Below, piece by piece: positions 23,236 to 36,180 of a DNA stretch of 64,000 bases. Origin of the DNA: Guillardia theta CCMP2712 (taxonomy: Eukaryota; Protista; Cryptophyta); assembly GCF_000315625.1 (NCBI RefSeq), contig NW_005434626.1, forward strand, positions 321,448-385,447, written 5' to 3'. Below the pieces are notes generated by a model, which did not search any database, was not told where the DNA came from, and was given only the letters and a program-made list of their open reading frames with translations. Within the stretch, counting starts at the first letter, position 1. Every line of letters starts with the position of its first letter. A program made the translations under genes and the position numbers.

Positions 23236-26200
23236 ATGGACTCGAAGCGAGCTTCACGGATTGAAGCAGGAAGGGCCAAGTTAGAGAAGTGAGTGAACAG
23301 TTCCTGATGCATCGCGCCTTCTTTTGCTGAGTTTTGCTCTTAGGTTCAGGAGCAGAAAGAAAGCCTCTCACGTTTCTGAAGCCGGCCGAGATGAAAGCGC
23401 GAACGTAGTAGAAGGTAAATGTGACGTCTTCGTCGAGAGCTCCAATTGTGAGCTTAGTGCAGGAAATCCGGCTCAATCTGCGGCTCATGATGAGCAGATG
23501 AACCTTGTGGGAAAAGTAAAGTCTCTGTCGCACATACGTGAAATTGTGTGCGAAGAGGTATCAAAGGTATGCGAGGATTAATTTTTCTTTCATGATTGAC
23601 ACATTACAGACCGTCAGAAACTCTATCTCAATCAGAAATGAGCTGAAATATCTGCGAGAATCTTTCAAGAAGACAGAATGTGAAACTTGACGAGATTCAA
23701 GATGACTTGCTTACTCCCCTTGTCAATGTCAGGCAGCGGAGAAGGTTATCTTGAAGAACGTGTCACCATTGCTATGAAAATTGCTCAAGTCAGTGCGCAT
23801 TTTTCTGTTTTGTTCCTTCTCATTCTCCATTGATAGAATTTTTGATGATTTGATCAGGCAGTATCTGAAATATATGAAGCGCAATCAAAAGCATGCGATG
23901 AAAAGGATTCTTCTTCCTACAAAGAGGTTCGATTTGGAACGCGTGTTATTCTTTTGATGTAGATTTTGCATCATAGGACTCACAGAGTATCAAGGCAAGA
24001 ATACAAGATAACGTGGTCGATCTCTGTTCACAGGTTCGTCTCTGAAGGATCAAAGTTTTCATTCTGATCTATTTCTGATGGATTGTTAGCTGATATGCAT
24101 AGACGAAAAAAGCAAGCCCTGCATATCAGCAATCATGAAAAATCTATCAAGTGATACTTTTCACGTTCGATGTGATATCAACCAAATACACCAAGGTCAT
24201 GCTAACACAGAGGGGATCAACGATGAAACAGAGAATGAAATAGTTTGTTCGAAGCAACTTCACACAAAACACGAGGATATCACCAGACCACACCAAGCTG
24301 AAGACATGGCTGTCAATGTACTGCATAATGAGAATTCCGGTAATGAGCCGCAACACTCATTCAGCAGAACATCCCAAACACTCAATTTGGAACAAGAAAT
24401 ATTGTCCACAAAGCTAATCGAGATTGAGCATTTGAAAGATGAGCTTCAAAAAGCAAAACAAACAATTGAAGAGAACAACTTCAAAAAAACTATGTTGGAA
24501 GATCAAGAAACGGAGCTGCGACGGCAGGCGAGGGACAGAGAGGCCGAAGCAGCGGAGCTGAGGGCGCGGGTCGTGTATCTGGAGTCAGAGCTTGAAGCTC
24601 GAGAGCAGCGGGGGGCAGCGGGGGCACAGACACGGCTATCCAAGGGCCTGCGGGAGCTACGGGAGCTACAGAGGGGGGAGCTGGGGAAGGTAGAGGAGCT
24701 TTGCAGGGCGATGGAGGGGAGCATAGAGGAGGCCGAGAGGGAGGTGCGGGAGGTACAGGAGAGGTACGCAGAGGGCATGGAGGCGGCAACGGCAAGGAGG
24801 GCGGCGCTCGAGGAGGAGGTCCTTAGGACACGGGAGAGCCAGGCAGAGGAGGCAGGGAGACTAGGGAGGGAGCTGGCAGAGGCAGAGGCGGCAGCGAGCC
24901 GAGCCAGGGAGGCGCTTGAGGGGATGCAGCGGGAGCTGGCGGAGGCACAGGGCCAGCTGGCAGCATCAGAGGGAGAGCGGACAAGGCTGGCCAGCGAGCA
25001 GGAGGCTCGGGCAGAGCAGGAGGAGGAGCTGCGACGGCAGGCGAGGGACAGAGAGGCCGAAGCAGCGGAGCTGAGGGCGCGGGTCGTGTATCTGGAGTCA
25101 GAGCTTGAAGCTCGAGAGCAGCGGGGGGCAGCGGGGGCACAGACACGGCTATCCGAGGGCCTGCGGGAGCTACGGGAGCTACAGAGGGGGGAGCTGGGGA
25201 AGGTAGAGGAGCTTTGCAGGGCGATGGAGGGGAGCATAGAGGAGGCCGAGAGGGAGGTGCGGGAGGTACAGGAGAGGTACGCAGAGGGCATGAAGGCAGG
25301 GATGGTTTCTTTCAATGTTTCTGGACTGGATGATGAGGTCACGGGAGAGCCAGGCAGAGGAGGCAGGGAGACTAGGGAGGGAGCTGGCGGAGGCACAGGG
25401 CCAGCTGGCAGCATCAGAGGGAGAGCGGACAAGGCTGGCCAGCGAGCAGGAGGCTCGGGCAGAGCAGGAGGAGGAGCTGCGACGGCAGGCGAGGGACAGA
25501 GAGGCCGAAGCAGCGGAGCTGAGGGCGCGGGTCGTGTATCTGGAGTCAGAGCTTGAAGCTCGAGAGCAGCGGGGGGCAGCGGGGGCACAGACACGGCTAT
25601 CCGAGGGCCTGCGGGAGCTACGGGAGCTACAGAGGGGGGAGCTGGGGGAAGGTAGAGGAGCTTTGCAGGGCGATGGAGGGGAGCATAGAGGAGGCCGAGA
25701 GGGAGGTGCGGGAGGTACAGGAGAGGTACGCAGAGGGCATGAAGGCGGCAACGGCAAGGAGGGCGGCGCTCGAGGAGGAGGTCCTTAGGACACGGGAGAG
25801 CCAGGCAGAGGAGGCAGGGAGACTAGGGAGGGAGCTGGCAGAGGCAGAGGCGGCAGCGAGCCGAGCCAGGGAGGCGCTTGAGGGGATGCAGCGGGAGCTG
25901 GCGGAGGCACAGGGCCAGCTGGCAGCATCAGAGGGAGAGCGGACAAGGCTGGCCAGCGAGCAGGAGGCTCGGGCAGAGCAGGAGGAGGAGCTGCGACGGC
26001 AGGCGAGGGACAGAGAGGCCGAAGCAGCGGAGCTGAGGGCGCGGGTTGAGGAGCTCGTCGGAGAAGCGGAGGCGGTGAAGGAGAGGCTTCGGGACACGGA
26101 GGATGCACGGGAGAGGGCAGACGACAAGGTACTGAGACTGNNNNNNNNNNNNNNNNNNNNNNNNNNNNNNNNNNNNNNNNNNNNNNNNNNNNNNNNNNNN

Positions 26201-29200
26201 NNNNNNNNNNNNNNNNNNNNNNNNNNNNNNNNNNNNNNNNNNNNNNNNNNNNNNNNNNNNNNNNNNNNNNNNNNNNNNNNNNNNNNNNNNNNNNNNNNNN
26301 NNNNNNNNNNNNNNNNNNNNNNNNNNNNNNNNNNNNNNNNNNNNNNNNNNNNNNNNNNNNNGGCAGCGGGCCGAGCCAGGGAGGCGCTTGAGGGGATGCA
26401 GCGGGAGCTGGCGGAGGCACAGGGCCAGCTGGCAGCATCAGAGGGNNNNNNNNNNNNNNNNNNNNNNNNNNNNNNNNNNNNNNNNNNNNNNNNNNNNNNN
26501 NNNNNNNNNNNNNNNNNNNNNNNNNNNNNNNNNNNNNNNNNNNNNGCGACGGCAGGCGAGGGACAGAGAGGCCGAAGCAGCGGAGCTGAGGGCGCGGGTT
26601 GAGGAGCTCGTCGGAGAAGCGGAGGCGGTGAAGGAGAGGCTTCGGGACACGGAGGATGCACGGGAGAGGGCAGACGACAAGGTACTGAGACTGATCAAGG
26701 TACTTGATAGGAGGGAGGAGGAGCAGAAGGCAGCAGAGGCTCGAGCGGGAGAGCTTGCAGAGGAGGCAGAAAGACTAGGGAGGGAGCTGGCGGAGGCAGA
26801 GGCGGCAGCGGGCCGAGCCGAGGAGGCGCTTGAGGAGATGCAGCGGGAGCTGGCGGAGGCACAGGGCCAGCTAGCAGCATCAGAGGGAGAGCGGACAAGG
26901 CTGGAGGCAGAGCTGGGTGAGGTCAGCGAGCGCCTGGAGGAGCTGCAGTGCAAGCAAGAAGCTTGGTCGGACCAGGAGGAGGAGCTGCGACGGCAGGCGA
27001 GGGACAGAGAGGCCGAAGCAGCGGAGCTGAGGGCGCGGGTTGAGGAGCTCGTCGGAGAAGCGGAGGCGGTGAAGGAGAGGCTTCGGGACACGGAGGATGC
27101 ACGGGAGAGGGCAGACGACAAGGTACTGAGACTGATCAAGGTACTTGATAGGAGGGAGGAGGAGCAGAAGGCAGCAGAGGCTCGAGCGGGAGAGCTTGCA
27201 GAGGAGGCAGAAAGACTAGGGAGGGAGCTGGCGGAGGCAGAGGCGGCAGCGGGCCGAGCCGAGGAGGTGCTTGAGGGGATGCAGCGGGAGCTGGCGGAGG
27301 CACAGGGCCAGCTAGCAGCATCAGAGGGAGAGCGGACAAGGCTGGAGGCAGAGCTGGGTGAGGTCAGCGAGCGCCTGGAGGAGCTGCAGTGCAAGCAAGA
27401 AGCTTGGTCGGACGAGGAGGAGGAGCTGCGACGGCAGGCGAAGGACAGAGAGGCCGAAGCAGCGGAGCTGAGGGCGCGGGTTGAGGAGCTCGTCGGAGAA
27501 GCGGAGGCGGTGAAGGAGAGGCTTCGGGACACGGAGGATGCACGGGAGAGGGCAGACGACAAGGTACTGAGACTGATCAAGGTACTTGATAGGAGGGAGG
27601 AGGAGCAGAAGGCAGCAGAGGCTCGAGCGGGAGAGCTTGCAGAGGAGGCATGGAGACTAGGGAGGGAGCTGGCGGAGGCAGAGGCGGCAGCGGGCCGAGC
27701 CGAGGAGGTGCTTGAGGGGATGCAGCGGGAGCTGGCGGAGGCACAGGCCCAGCTGTCTGCTCCCTCGTTTGACCAAAGAAAATTTTTGATGGATGTAGTG
27801 GGAAGAAACTTGAACCTGTAAGTCTTCATTTGAATTTGCTCAAATTGCTGTTTTGTTCACTCTTGATGTGCACCAGGTCCCGCGAAGATGTTTCTGTAGA
27901 TGTGTCTTTCTTGCACGAGTTTGCCGAAGGAAGATCATCAAGAAACTCTGATGGACTGAATCATAATCCTTTCTCTGCTCATGGACGGTTCTTGTCAATG
28001 TTGAAGAAACTCAAGACTTTCTGTTCTCGTTGGTTGGCAACGTTTGTTGAAATCCACCTTGAAAAAGAATACATCACACAGGTTATCAGGGTTATCTGCG
28101 ATACAATCAGAGAAGAAACAGATTACTTGGAGAGGGAGATTGCGTCTGTTAAACGACAAGAGGGGGCAAGACATTGTTTCTCCCCTCCTCGTGACAAAAA
28201 AATTGGAAATTCTGGAAAGCAAGCCTCGACTGAAATCTCAAATTCGATTGATGATGGAAATGGATTATCATCGTTCTTGCATTCTCATCATTCAGCTTTG
28301 GATTCTCATCATTCAACTTTTTGGTCTTCCCAGGATCATAACATCGCGACAAGCAGGTGAAAGTTTGAAGGCCCATGTCAGGAGTTGACTGGCTACTGAA
28401 TGGCAGGCAAGAAATGCCCTGGCAAACCGAGTTGAGGAAATGTAGACAAGAGTTGAAGATGCAGCGAGAGACGATATCCGACCTGCGGAAGCAGAACAGG
28501 TCAGGTGCTTGCTGCCGTTTGCGGTACGGTGATCTTTCGTGCCAGGGCCCTTTCCCTTGAGCTGAGTGAAATGCACATGAAGTTCGATACCTTGACCGCC
28601 AATTCAAGATACGCCGATATGCATACTCACTACTTGCAGCTGGAGAAAGATGCAGGTTTCGACTTGCACTGCCTGTACTCCCCCGATCATTCTGATCGTC
28701 TTGAAATCTCAGCGCACAAGGATCTTGAGATTTGCTCTGATGAAATTCATCGTCTTCGTGAGGTAGCCCAAGTCATCGATCCTCGCTCTATCTTACCCAT
28801 GTACACGCAGAGACTCTGCAACGAGATCTCTGCGAACTGCAGTCTACGACAACAGGTAGACTTATTGACGCCAGGAGAACGACATCTTACCTTCTCTGGC
28901 TCAGCTCAGCGAGTCGATGGACTCAGAGAGGAGCGCTGGTTGGACTCCTGACGCTCGAGCTTCTTCCTCGACCTCACTGCCTGCTCCTGCAGCTGAGAAT
29001 GCGAGGGAGAGCTCCGAAAGCTACTTGGAGCATGTGAAACGTCAGAACGGCTGGCTCAAAGATGCGCTGAAGCGAGCGATGGTGATGACTTGACACTGAG
29101 TCTCTTAGCTGAACTCCTCTCCTCTATGCAGGATCGCGCACAGCTGACTGTGGTAGAGGGAGCAGACCTGGACGACAGCATGAGCAGTGAGGTCAGTGTG

Positions 29201-29700
29201 GAAGAGCGGAGAAGAGAAGGAGTGGAGGAGATGAAGAGAAGTGGAGAGGATGAGGAGTGACTTCTTCACAGATGTCAAGGCGGGCAGGGCGTACTTGCTC
29301 TTCCTCCTTTGATCGTTCCTACACCTCGCCCAAGTCCTCGCGTTCAGGAAGGCCGAAGAGGAGTACAGATGAAACGAGGAGATTTACTTACTCTCCTTTA
29401 ATGATGAAAATTTACAAGTGAGCAGCATGTAGACGTGAATCGCATGCTGGTTGTTATAGAGTTGAAAAATTGCGCATGTGTTTGGAGTGTGGTGTGTTCA
29501 AACAGAAATACGTTGTGGCAACATGGAAAATTCCAATCCGAGATGTGAGTAGTGGAAGTGGAGTAGGGGTCAACGCACGATGGCAGTTTTAGGACATGTG
29601 TCACCAAGAGAGGAAAAATCAGCAGGCTGCTGCCGATGATCATGTTTAACAAGCTGGCGTTGAAGGAACGAGGGCATTTTCCGCAGAAGCTCCCCATGGT
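23236..29700 (+). CDS. Giant coiled-coil protein with pericentrin/AKAP9/golgin-type N-terminal motif (3' end approximate; contains assembly gaps)
   Basis: Spliced start MDSKRASRIEAGRAKLEK/FRSRKKA; long E/A/R/L-rich heptad exons 24135-27817; further spliced exons to ~29700. Confidence 0.75.
24513..27752 (+). repeat. Coding tandem repeat array: 513-bp units followed by 441-bp units
   Basis: Anchor (gagct)gcgacggcaggcg at 24513, 25026, 25474, 25988, then 26546, 26987, 27428; copies near-identical. Confidence 0.92.
26141..26545. other. Two assembly gaps (N runs 26141-26361 and 26446-26545)
   Basis: N characters. Confidence 1.
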
Positions 29701-30036
29701 TCAACTTGTCACCTGACAGAATCTAACTTGCAACAACTCTTCTTTGACTTATGGCATCATAGCGAGAAGGTTAGCGAAGTCATCAATCATATGAAGGAGG
29801 AAAAAAATTCTCCTCCAAGCAGGAAAACCAACCGCTCTCAATGTTCTCCAACAAAATATTGCGAAAGTTAGTTAGAAGAACGAAGGAAAAGATGGATCGA
29901 TTCGTTTCCTCTGGGCTGTTTCTGAGAATTTCTCTCATTGCATCCACGTCAGTTTGCACGGTTTAATCCCCAAGATTATTGACAATATCAATAACAAGCC
30001 TTCTCGAAAGACAAGCCCTTGTTTACCATGTTCCAA

Positions 30037-30543
30037 TTATTTGGCCTGAGGGTGAGAAGCGACGTAGCTAATGGCCTGTTCCACAGTCTGAATCTTCTCG
30101 GCTTCTGCATCAGGAATCTCAATTGCAAACTCATCCTCAAACGCCATCACAATCTGCAAAGATCAAATTAGCATCTCAGTGCAAAAAAACAAAGACTCTT
30201 TGGGTTGCGGTCAGAGGGAGGACGAGAGGAAGCAAAGAGCAAAACAGCAGGTACTTACTTCGACAGTGTCGAGGCTGTCCAGACCAAGATCGTTCATGAA
30301 GTGTGCGGTTTCGCTCACCTTCGACACGTCCACGCCCTCAAAGTTCTTCACCACAGACAGCACGCGCTCCTGCACTTCCTGCTTGGGGAGGAAGCCTCCG
30401 CTGGAGAAGGCGCGGACGGTGAAGGATTGGTGTGGAAAGCGAGCATTGACGGGGACAGAGAAGGTCAGGGGGCGGGCAAGCTGCGGGCGCCGAAGCAGAA
30501 GGCGCATGGCAGAGGAGCGGAGGGATGGCAAGAGAGCGGACAT
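30037..30543 (-). CDS. Mitochondrial acyl carrier protein (NDUFAB1/ACP1-like), 2 exons
   Basis: Arg/Ser-rich presequence; [46 protein letters not shown] with the DSL phosphopantetheine serine. Confidence 0.95.
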
Positions 30544-30564
30544 GGCAGCGAGGAGATGCCTCGC

Positions 30565-31230
30565 GGTGGGGTAGTCTAAAAGGGGGGTAGGGGTGACATT
30601 GCTGTGGGTGATGCATGAGAGTATGGGGTGTGAGGGGGGGTAGTTTCATTGAAGAATTGCTGTACAATTGCAGGGTAGGTATGTTGCAAGAGGGGTGGGG
30701 GTAGCTGCCATGGGCATGTTCAGACAAGGAGACTTAGAGGGTAGCGAAAACTGAGGAAAGTACGGGTGGGTACTTTATACCCTTCTAGGGGTAGTTTGCG
30801 CATATAGGGTGGGTGAAATCAATAGATGGAACTTCACAAATGGGGGGTACAAACTCCATACGAACTGAAAATAAGGGGTGATGCTGAATCCTTGAGCATC
30901 AAAGGGGGGTGGGGGTAGAGGAAGCGGCGGAGAGGAGACGAGGATTTATAGGGGTGGGAGGACGGGGGGTCTGAACAGATTATTGGATGGGTGGGATGGG
31001 TGCTATGGATTTATGTGGGTATGGGTAGTCTGAGTACGGGTATGTCAATATATTAAAGTCTGGGTAAATAAGGGGTACAAAGATACAAGATGTCTCCATG
31101 AGTGTAGGTGGGTACTAGAGGTGGGTTGTTAAGGTACGGGGGTGATGCAATCGATGAGGACAAATAGTACCGGTACAGATGATAGTGAAGCCAGGGGGTA
31201 CTTGGAGACAAAGTGGGGTAGGGGATAGGT
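30565..31230. repeat. GGGGT motif array directly upstream of ACP
   Basis: Dense ggggta/ggggtg/gggtac words, G on + strand (ACCCC on the ACP sense strand). Confidence 0.65.
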
Positions 31231-31289
31231 GCGTTGCTTTTACTTAACTGAAATGAACAATTGTTAAGTAATTTATTTTAGTACCACCT

Positions 31290-31470
31290 CTGATCGGATC
31301 ACTGATACTAGTGATTACTTCAACTTAGTAACTGCGGCGGCGGCCGGGCCCGGGGCAACGCCGGGCCCGGCGTGTCACGGTCACTGTCACCCGGCGGTAC
31401 AACCGTCATGATTGCGGCCCGGCCGTCCGGGACTCGGTGACTAACTAGTAACGTCTACTACCGGTCACCG
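31290..31470. other. GC-rich micro-palindrome block between the GGGGT array and the Crypton
   Basis: ggccgggcccggggcaacgccgggcccggcgtgtcacggtcactgtcacccgg, gggactcggtgactaactagt. Confidence 0.55.
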
Positions 31471-31789
31471 ATAGTATCTAGTTCCGTTTCGAAAATTTGT
31501 TCCGGCGTGGTAAATGCTCAAGGTGATACAGCGGGGACTCCTGAGTTCGGAGAAGATTTGTTGGGGGATATAACGAACTTAGAGGAGGACACCTAGAGGA
31601 GAGATGCCAGATGAGAGGAGGTAGAGGAGAGGAGGTAGAGGAGAGATGGTAGAGGAGAGGAGCCTAGTAGTAGAGGAGAGATGGTGGAGGAGAGGAGGTA
31701 GAGGCGAGGAGGTAGAGTAGAGATGCCAGAGGAGAGATGGTAGAATAATGTAGGTGAAACATATGTTCATCATCATTCTCATTCCACTG

Positions 31790-34700
31790 TTATAAGTCTT
31801 TCAACAATTCTGCAGCATATGTCGTTCTTTCCCTACTCTCATCTGAAGACTCCATCGAGCCTTGTGTGTGGTCCGGTCTAACTGTCGTCCTACCCTTCTC
31901 CAAGTGTAACTTGTTGCAAAACGTGATGTAACTCAGCTGTTCATATCTGTGCTTGAGTTCACGCCTTTCCCATGCCGACTTCCCGTATGCTCTCTCAACC
32001 AGCACATGAAACGATTTGTCGTAACATTCCTGGACGTTGTCTGCCCGTATCTCGTCTCCTTCACCAATCGTTCCGTTTTCCCGGCAAATCTTCTCTATCT
32101 CCTTCATCACGCACCTTGCTTTGTAAAGATTCCTCCTGCTGGTTTTCGTTTTCAAGTCATGGCTCAGATTCAGTTTGTAAAAGTTATAAAATGGTCTGAT
32201 TCTTTGTACCCTTCCATCAATAGTTCGAATCCGCCCTTGATACCAATACGTCATCATGTTCCTGACTGATACTTTGTGTGGCCATTCGAAATCTCTAGGA
32301 ACCATGTGGCGCTCTCCCCCCCATTCGAACCAATCGCCATCTACTTGGTCATCATTCAATGATTGTTCTTCGCCTGGCGTCGCATCATCGCTGTCTGCTC
32401 CACTGTTCAATGACCCATCTTCTTCCATGTCTGATCCTGAGCTTGCTTCCGAGCTGTTTTCCGAAAGCATTTCATTGTCTTGTGTTCCTTCCCGCCATAC
32501 ATACCTCTGTTCCACCGAACTTCCGTCTCGCACAGAATTGTTTGCATCCAAGACTGATGTCATGATTTGATTTGGTGTCTCACGTTCATTCACACCGGCA
32601 AAGTTCATCTCTGTATTCCTTCTCATTTGCATCAACAAGGTGTGAACATCTCTGTTCATTCTGAACAAAAGTTTCATGTTCTCCTCCATGTTATGCAGCT
32701 TCATCCAAATTCTTTTGAAACCTTGCTGTGTTTGTTTTGAGTTCTTCTTCAGTGTCTTGTTCAGTGCTTTGTTGTGGGCATTCAATTGTTGTGTCACCAT
32801 GTCTAACGCCTTTGTCATCTCTGACTCCATTGACTTGGTCGATGCCGCCACTGTCACTCCAGACTCTGCAGATTTTCTCATCACGTCGATTGTGAGCATG
32901 CCTTCAACCTTTGATACTTTCGTCACTAGCTCCTTGATCGTATGAATGATATCCGTCTTTGTTGGAATCCCATGTGCGAGCATGCCACACTCTTGGCAAC
33001 TGTGAACCTTCAAAACTACTTTGTCACGTAGCTGATTCAATCTACTCATCGTGTCCTGTCCAAACATGCCAAATAGCGGAATTTCCCATATGGAATGCTG
33101 TGGATCAGGGAACCATGCTCGCAGAGTAGGAAGATGATACAAAATACTAGCCAGAAAGAAAGGAATACAATTTCTGAACCCCCGCGGCAGTTCATTGAAA
33201 CTCTTGATGAATTTGTCCCATCCTATCGCTTGTATCTCTTGCATCCCTTCAGGGGAAAAATGTGGTGGTAGCACAGCAAATTCTGCCGTACTAGGATCGT
33301 TCCCTGCTAAAAGTCTGCCACACATCTGATCGCCTCCTGCTCCTCCCACGATATACTGGTCCTCTGTGTCACCTGTCAACCGCAATACTCAGCATAGTGC
33401 CGTGGAGAACATCACACTCATGAATGACCTATCTTCCAGTTGGCTCGAATATAAACAGTAGGTGCCCCTGCATTGCACCATTCAGTAAACCATCATGCAA
33501 CGGTTGGCCCATACCTGGTCCTTCCAGAAAAGCAAGGAGATGAGATATTCCTCCCTTCCACAGCGAATGACTCCCTGCTTCTTCCAAGTTGCCATGATAC
33601 TGGTCTGCAGCTTGTCGAATCGCTCTTTGCAATAACGTGCAAAACCTTTGCTTTTGGTCTGATCCTGGGAATAACTTCGTTCCAGAGAATGAGAGTTGCC
33701 CATGTCGCGTGGCAAATATATACAACCCAAGAATGAGAATAGGACACATTTCTGGAGTGTAGGGCGATGCAAACACATGTTTTATCCTTGTGCTTCGCAT
33801 GTCAGTACCAATGCCACACTGATCTTTTTTTGTCTTGAGTAAGACTACCTTCATGCAATCATTTTCCCAGTCAAAGTGCTCAAGATGTAAAATGTCTAGA
33901 CTCTCACTTCTGCATACTAGGTTCCACATGACTGAACAGCATGCCCAAGAGAAAATCCATGAACTGCCGGACTCTGAACTTCCTCTGCGAGGTCTCAGCT
34001 CCTTCAAGATGTTGTTGAGTGCCTTATACTCTGGCATGGATAGAGTTATCTTGCCCTCGTGGGCCTGCATCACACCGTCGCCCTTCTTCCGGGTAACTTC
34101 TTTGGTATAGGAATTGATGTAACCATCCAGAATGTCATCCAATGATCTTCCGCCTGTTTTCAACCCGATTGCCGTAAACATAACATTCCTGCGTCTGTAC
34201 AGATATTTCAACGCACTTTTATACCCCTGGACGGTGGAAGCAGCTACGGTTGCTTTGTCTCTGCTTGATACTTGCACAGTGTTGGCTACTGCCTCTGCCT
34301 GACGCTGGTGACCTGCCACGTCTGGGGTATCTGCATTTTCTTCTTCTTCTTCGCCGTCCGCGCTTAGTGCCGATGCTGCCTTCCTCTTGGACCCTGCTGT
34401 CGTCATTCCTTCGTGCTCACACAGCCAACCAAAGAAAGCCTGGAGCAAGTCCAATGGCAATGGGAGCTTCAGGTTCGTGCGACCTGGGTTGAGTGCTGCG
34501 TGATATCTTGGATCCTTCTGGAAGAACTCGATCATACCCATAATTCGATAAGCATACGTCTCTTGAGTGCTTCGGCTCACAGTGTTGAATTCCAGATCAA
34601 GAAATGCCTGGATGTTGGGGTCATCTGAAGCCGAAATGCTACAAGCCTCAGGGTCGTCAAATATTCTCAGAAGCGCATTCTTGTCCTTCACCCTCTTTCT

Positions 34701-35018
34701 ACGTGAACGAGGTGCATGCTTTCCACATTCATCATTGCGATCCGAGCCAGCTAACTCCCAAGCACAAACAAGGTGAAAGCACAACCTGCATATTTTGCAT
34801 ACCTTCAGAACAGCGTTTGCCTCCTTTTGCATTAAGCAAACAGCACCGAAGACACACGTGTTGGGCTGTGCCACAGCCGGAGGGTTCGTAGAACCGGATG
34901 GAGAGAGCTGATAGACTTGTTCGTGGTCATGACTATCACCTGCCGGACTCGCGCAGGCTTGGTTGTCGTCCTGGAGACCAGCCTCCAGTGGTTGGCTCTG
35001 TCCGCCGTCCTCCGCCAT
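31790..35018 (-). mobile_element. Crypton-type tyrosine-recombinase transposase gene (~1041 aa; exons 35018-33515, 33467-33429, 33372-31790)
   Basis: Two GT-AG introns (33468-33514, 33373-33428) fuse the 529-aa and 531-aa ORFs in frame, giving HSLWKGG..GPGAPTVYIRANWKIGDTEDQYI..GGDQMCGRLLAG..FAVLPPHF. Also STVQGYKSALKYLY, WNLVCRSES (R), KTKKDQ (K), HVFASPYTPEMCPIL, and a C-terminal VPRDFEWP..WYQG..IRPF (GCR1_C-like) domain. Element ends not identified. Confidence 0.88.
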
Positions 35019-36180
35019 TGCTCAGGGTGCGAGGGTACGTCCTTCTTGAGGCTTGGAAGGACCCAGTTCTGGGAAGTAGTTTGGAGGGGTGGAAAGGGAC
35101 CCCCACCCCTCCATCCCTATTATGTACACTACCCCCACACCCCCTTCTGCATCTTTCTGCTTGGCAATTTTATTTTTTTTCGTGGTTTTGGGGTCCCAGC
35201 CGCAAAAAGTGTCTTTCTTGCTTTTCTTCCATTTTTTGGAATCTCGGCGCTAAAACACTACGAGAATCTTTACTCAAAGTTAAGTTAAAGATCAGTACGA
35301 GGACAATCAGGAGAGTCGAGGATCGTTCGTTCGATCCCGGAAATAAAATTGGTTCTGGGTTTCCCTCATATTTGAAAATTACATAAGAGTTATTTCAGAT
35401 ATTCAAATGGCTTCAAAGAATTTTTCGAAAGGTAAAGGGTAGCTTCACCCCAATTATTAGATCATATTGCGCTCATCTTGGGGGGTGGGGTACTTCTTTT
35501 TTTCTTCCGAGAATAGAACGGGCTACTTAGGGGAGGAGGAGGAATCGAAACCGCATCAGGCAGGTATGGCACGATGAACGTTGTTCATTTTATGTGGTTC
35601 AATGCAGTCTGAGTGAGGGTGAAGAGTTTAGAGGGAAGGGATTGCTAGGCTCGAAGAAGAGTATGAAGAGTTTGTTTGCTGAAGAAACGTGTGAAATGTT
35701 GGATCATGGCAGTCGGTTCTCACCTTCGTCCGGTTTTGTGGGGCTTTTGTTCCGTGGTTGTGTGCGAGAGGATAGAATAAGCAGATTTGGACAGACAAGC
35801 TTGTGTTCTGATGAGATTACGAACTCTTTGATCATGGTAGTCTAGTAGTTGAGATGTGGAAACTTGTTGTGTGTTGCTGGTCTTGGGCTATTACTAATCC
35901 AACCTTTGCAGAAGGAAATGTTCCAGACTGTTGCTAAGACTCAGACCACCGAGCTCTGGATGTGGAAGATGGAGTACCTCCACCACGAGCAGCGCCCCCT
36001 CTACTTCGGCGAGTGGTTCTAAGCTTATTCATTATGAATTTATAGCTTGAATAAACCATGTTGCTCGAATCTCGTGGTTCTTCGTTTGCGCCTTCATGGA
36101 GCTGATAATCAAACTGTATGTATCGTAGACTCATATGATAGTCCAACTGTTGGTATCTTAAGCTATAACAATAACATCTC

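Noticed and set aside
24490-27829. Long Ser/Ala/Pro-rich minus-strand ORFs
   Set aside because: Antisense shadows of the GAG/GCA-rich coiled-coil repeats
30565-31230. GGGGT arrays as interstitial telomere repeats
   Set aside because: No tandem TTAGGG/TTTAGGG periodicity; motifs are dispersed among unique spacers
31000-35570. TATGG words as Crypton termini (~31004, ~31020, ~35565)
   Set aside because: Wrong orientation for a minus-strand element and expected by chance; ends cannot be set without other copies
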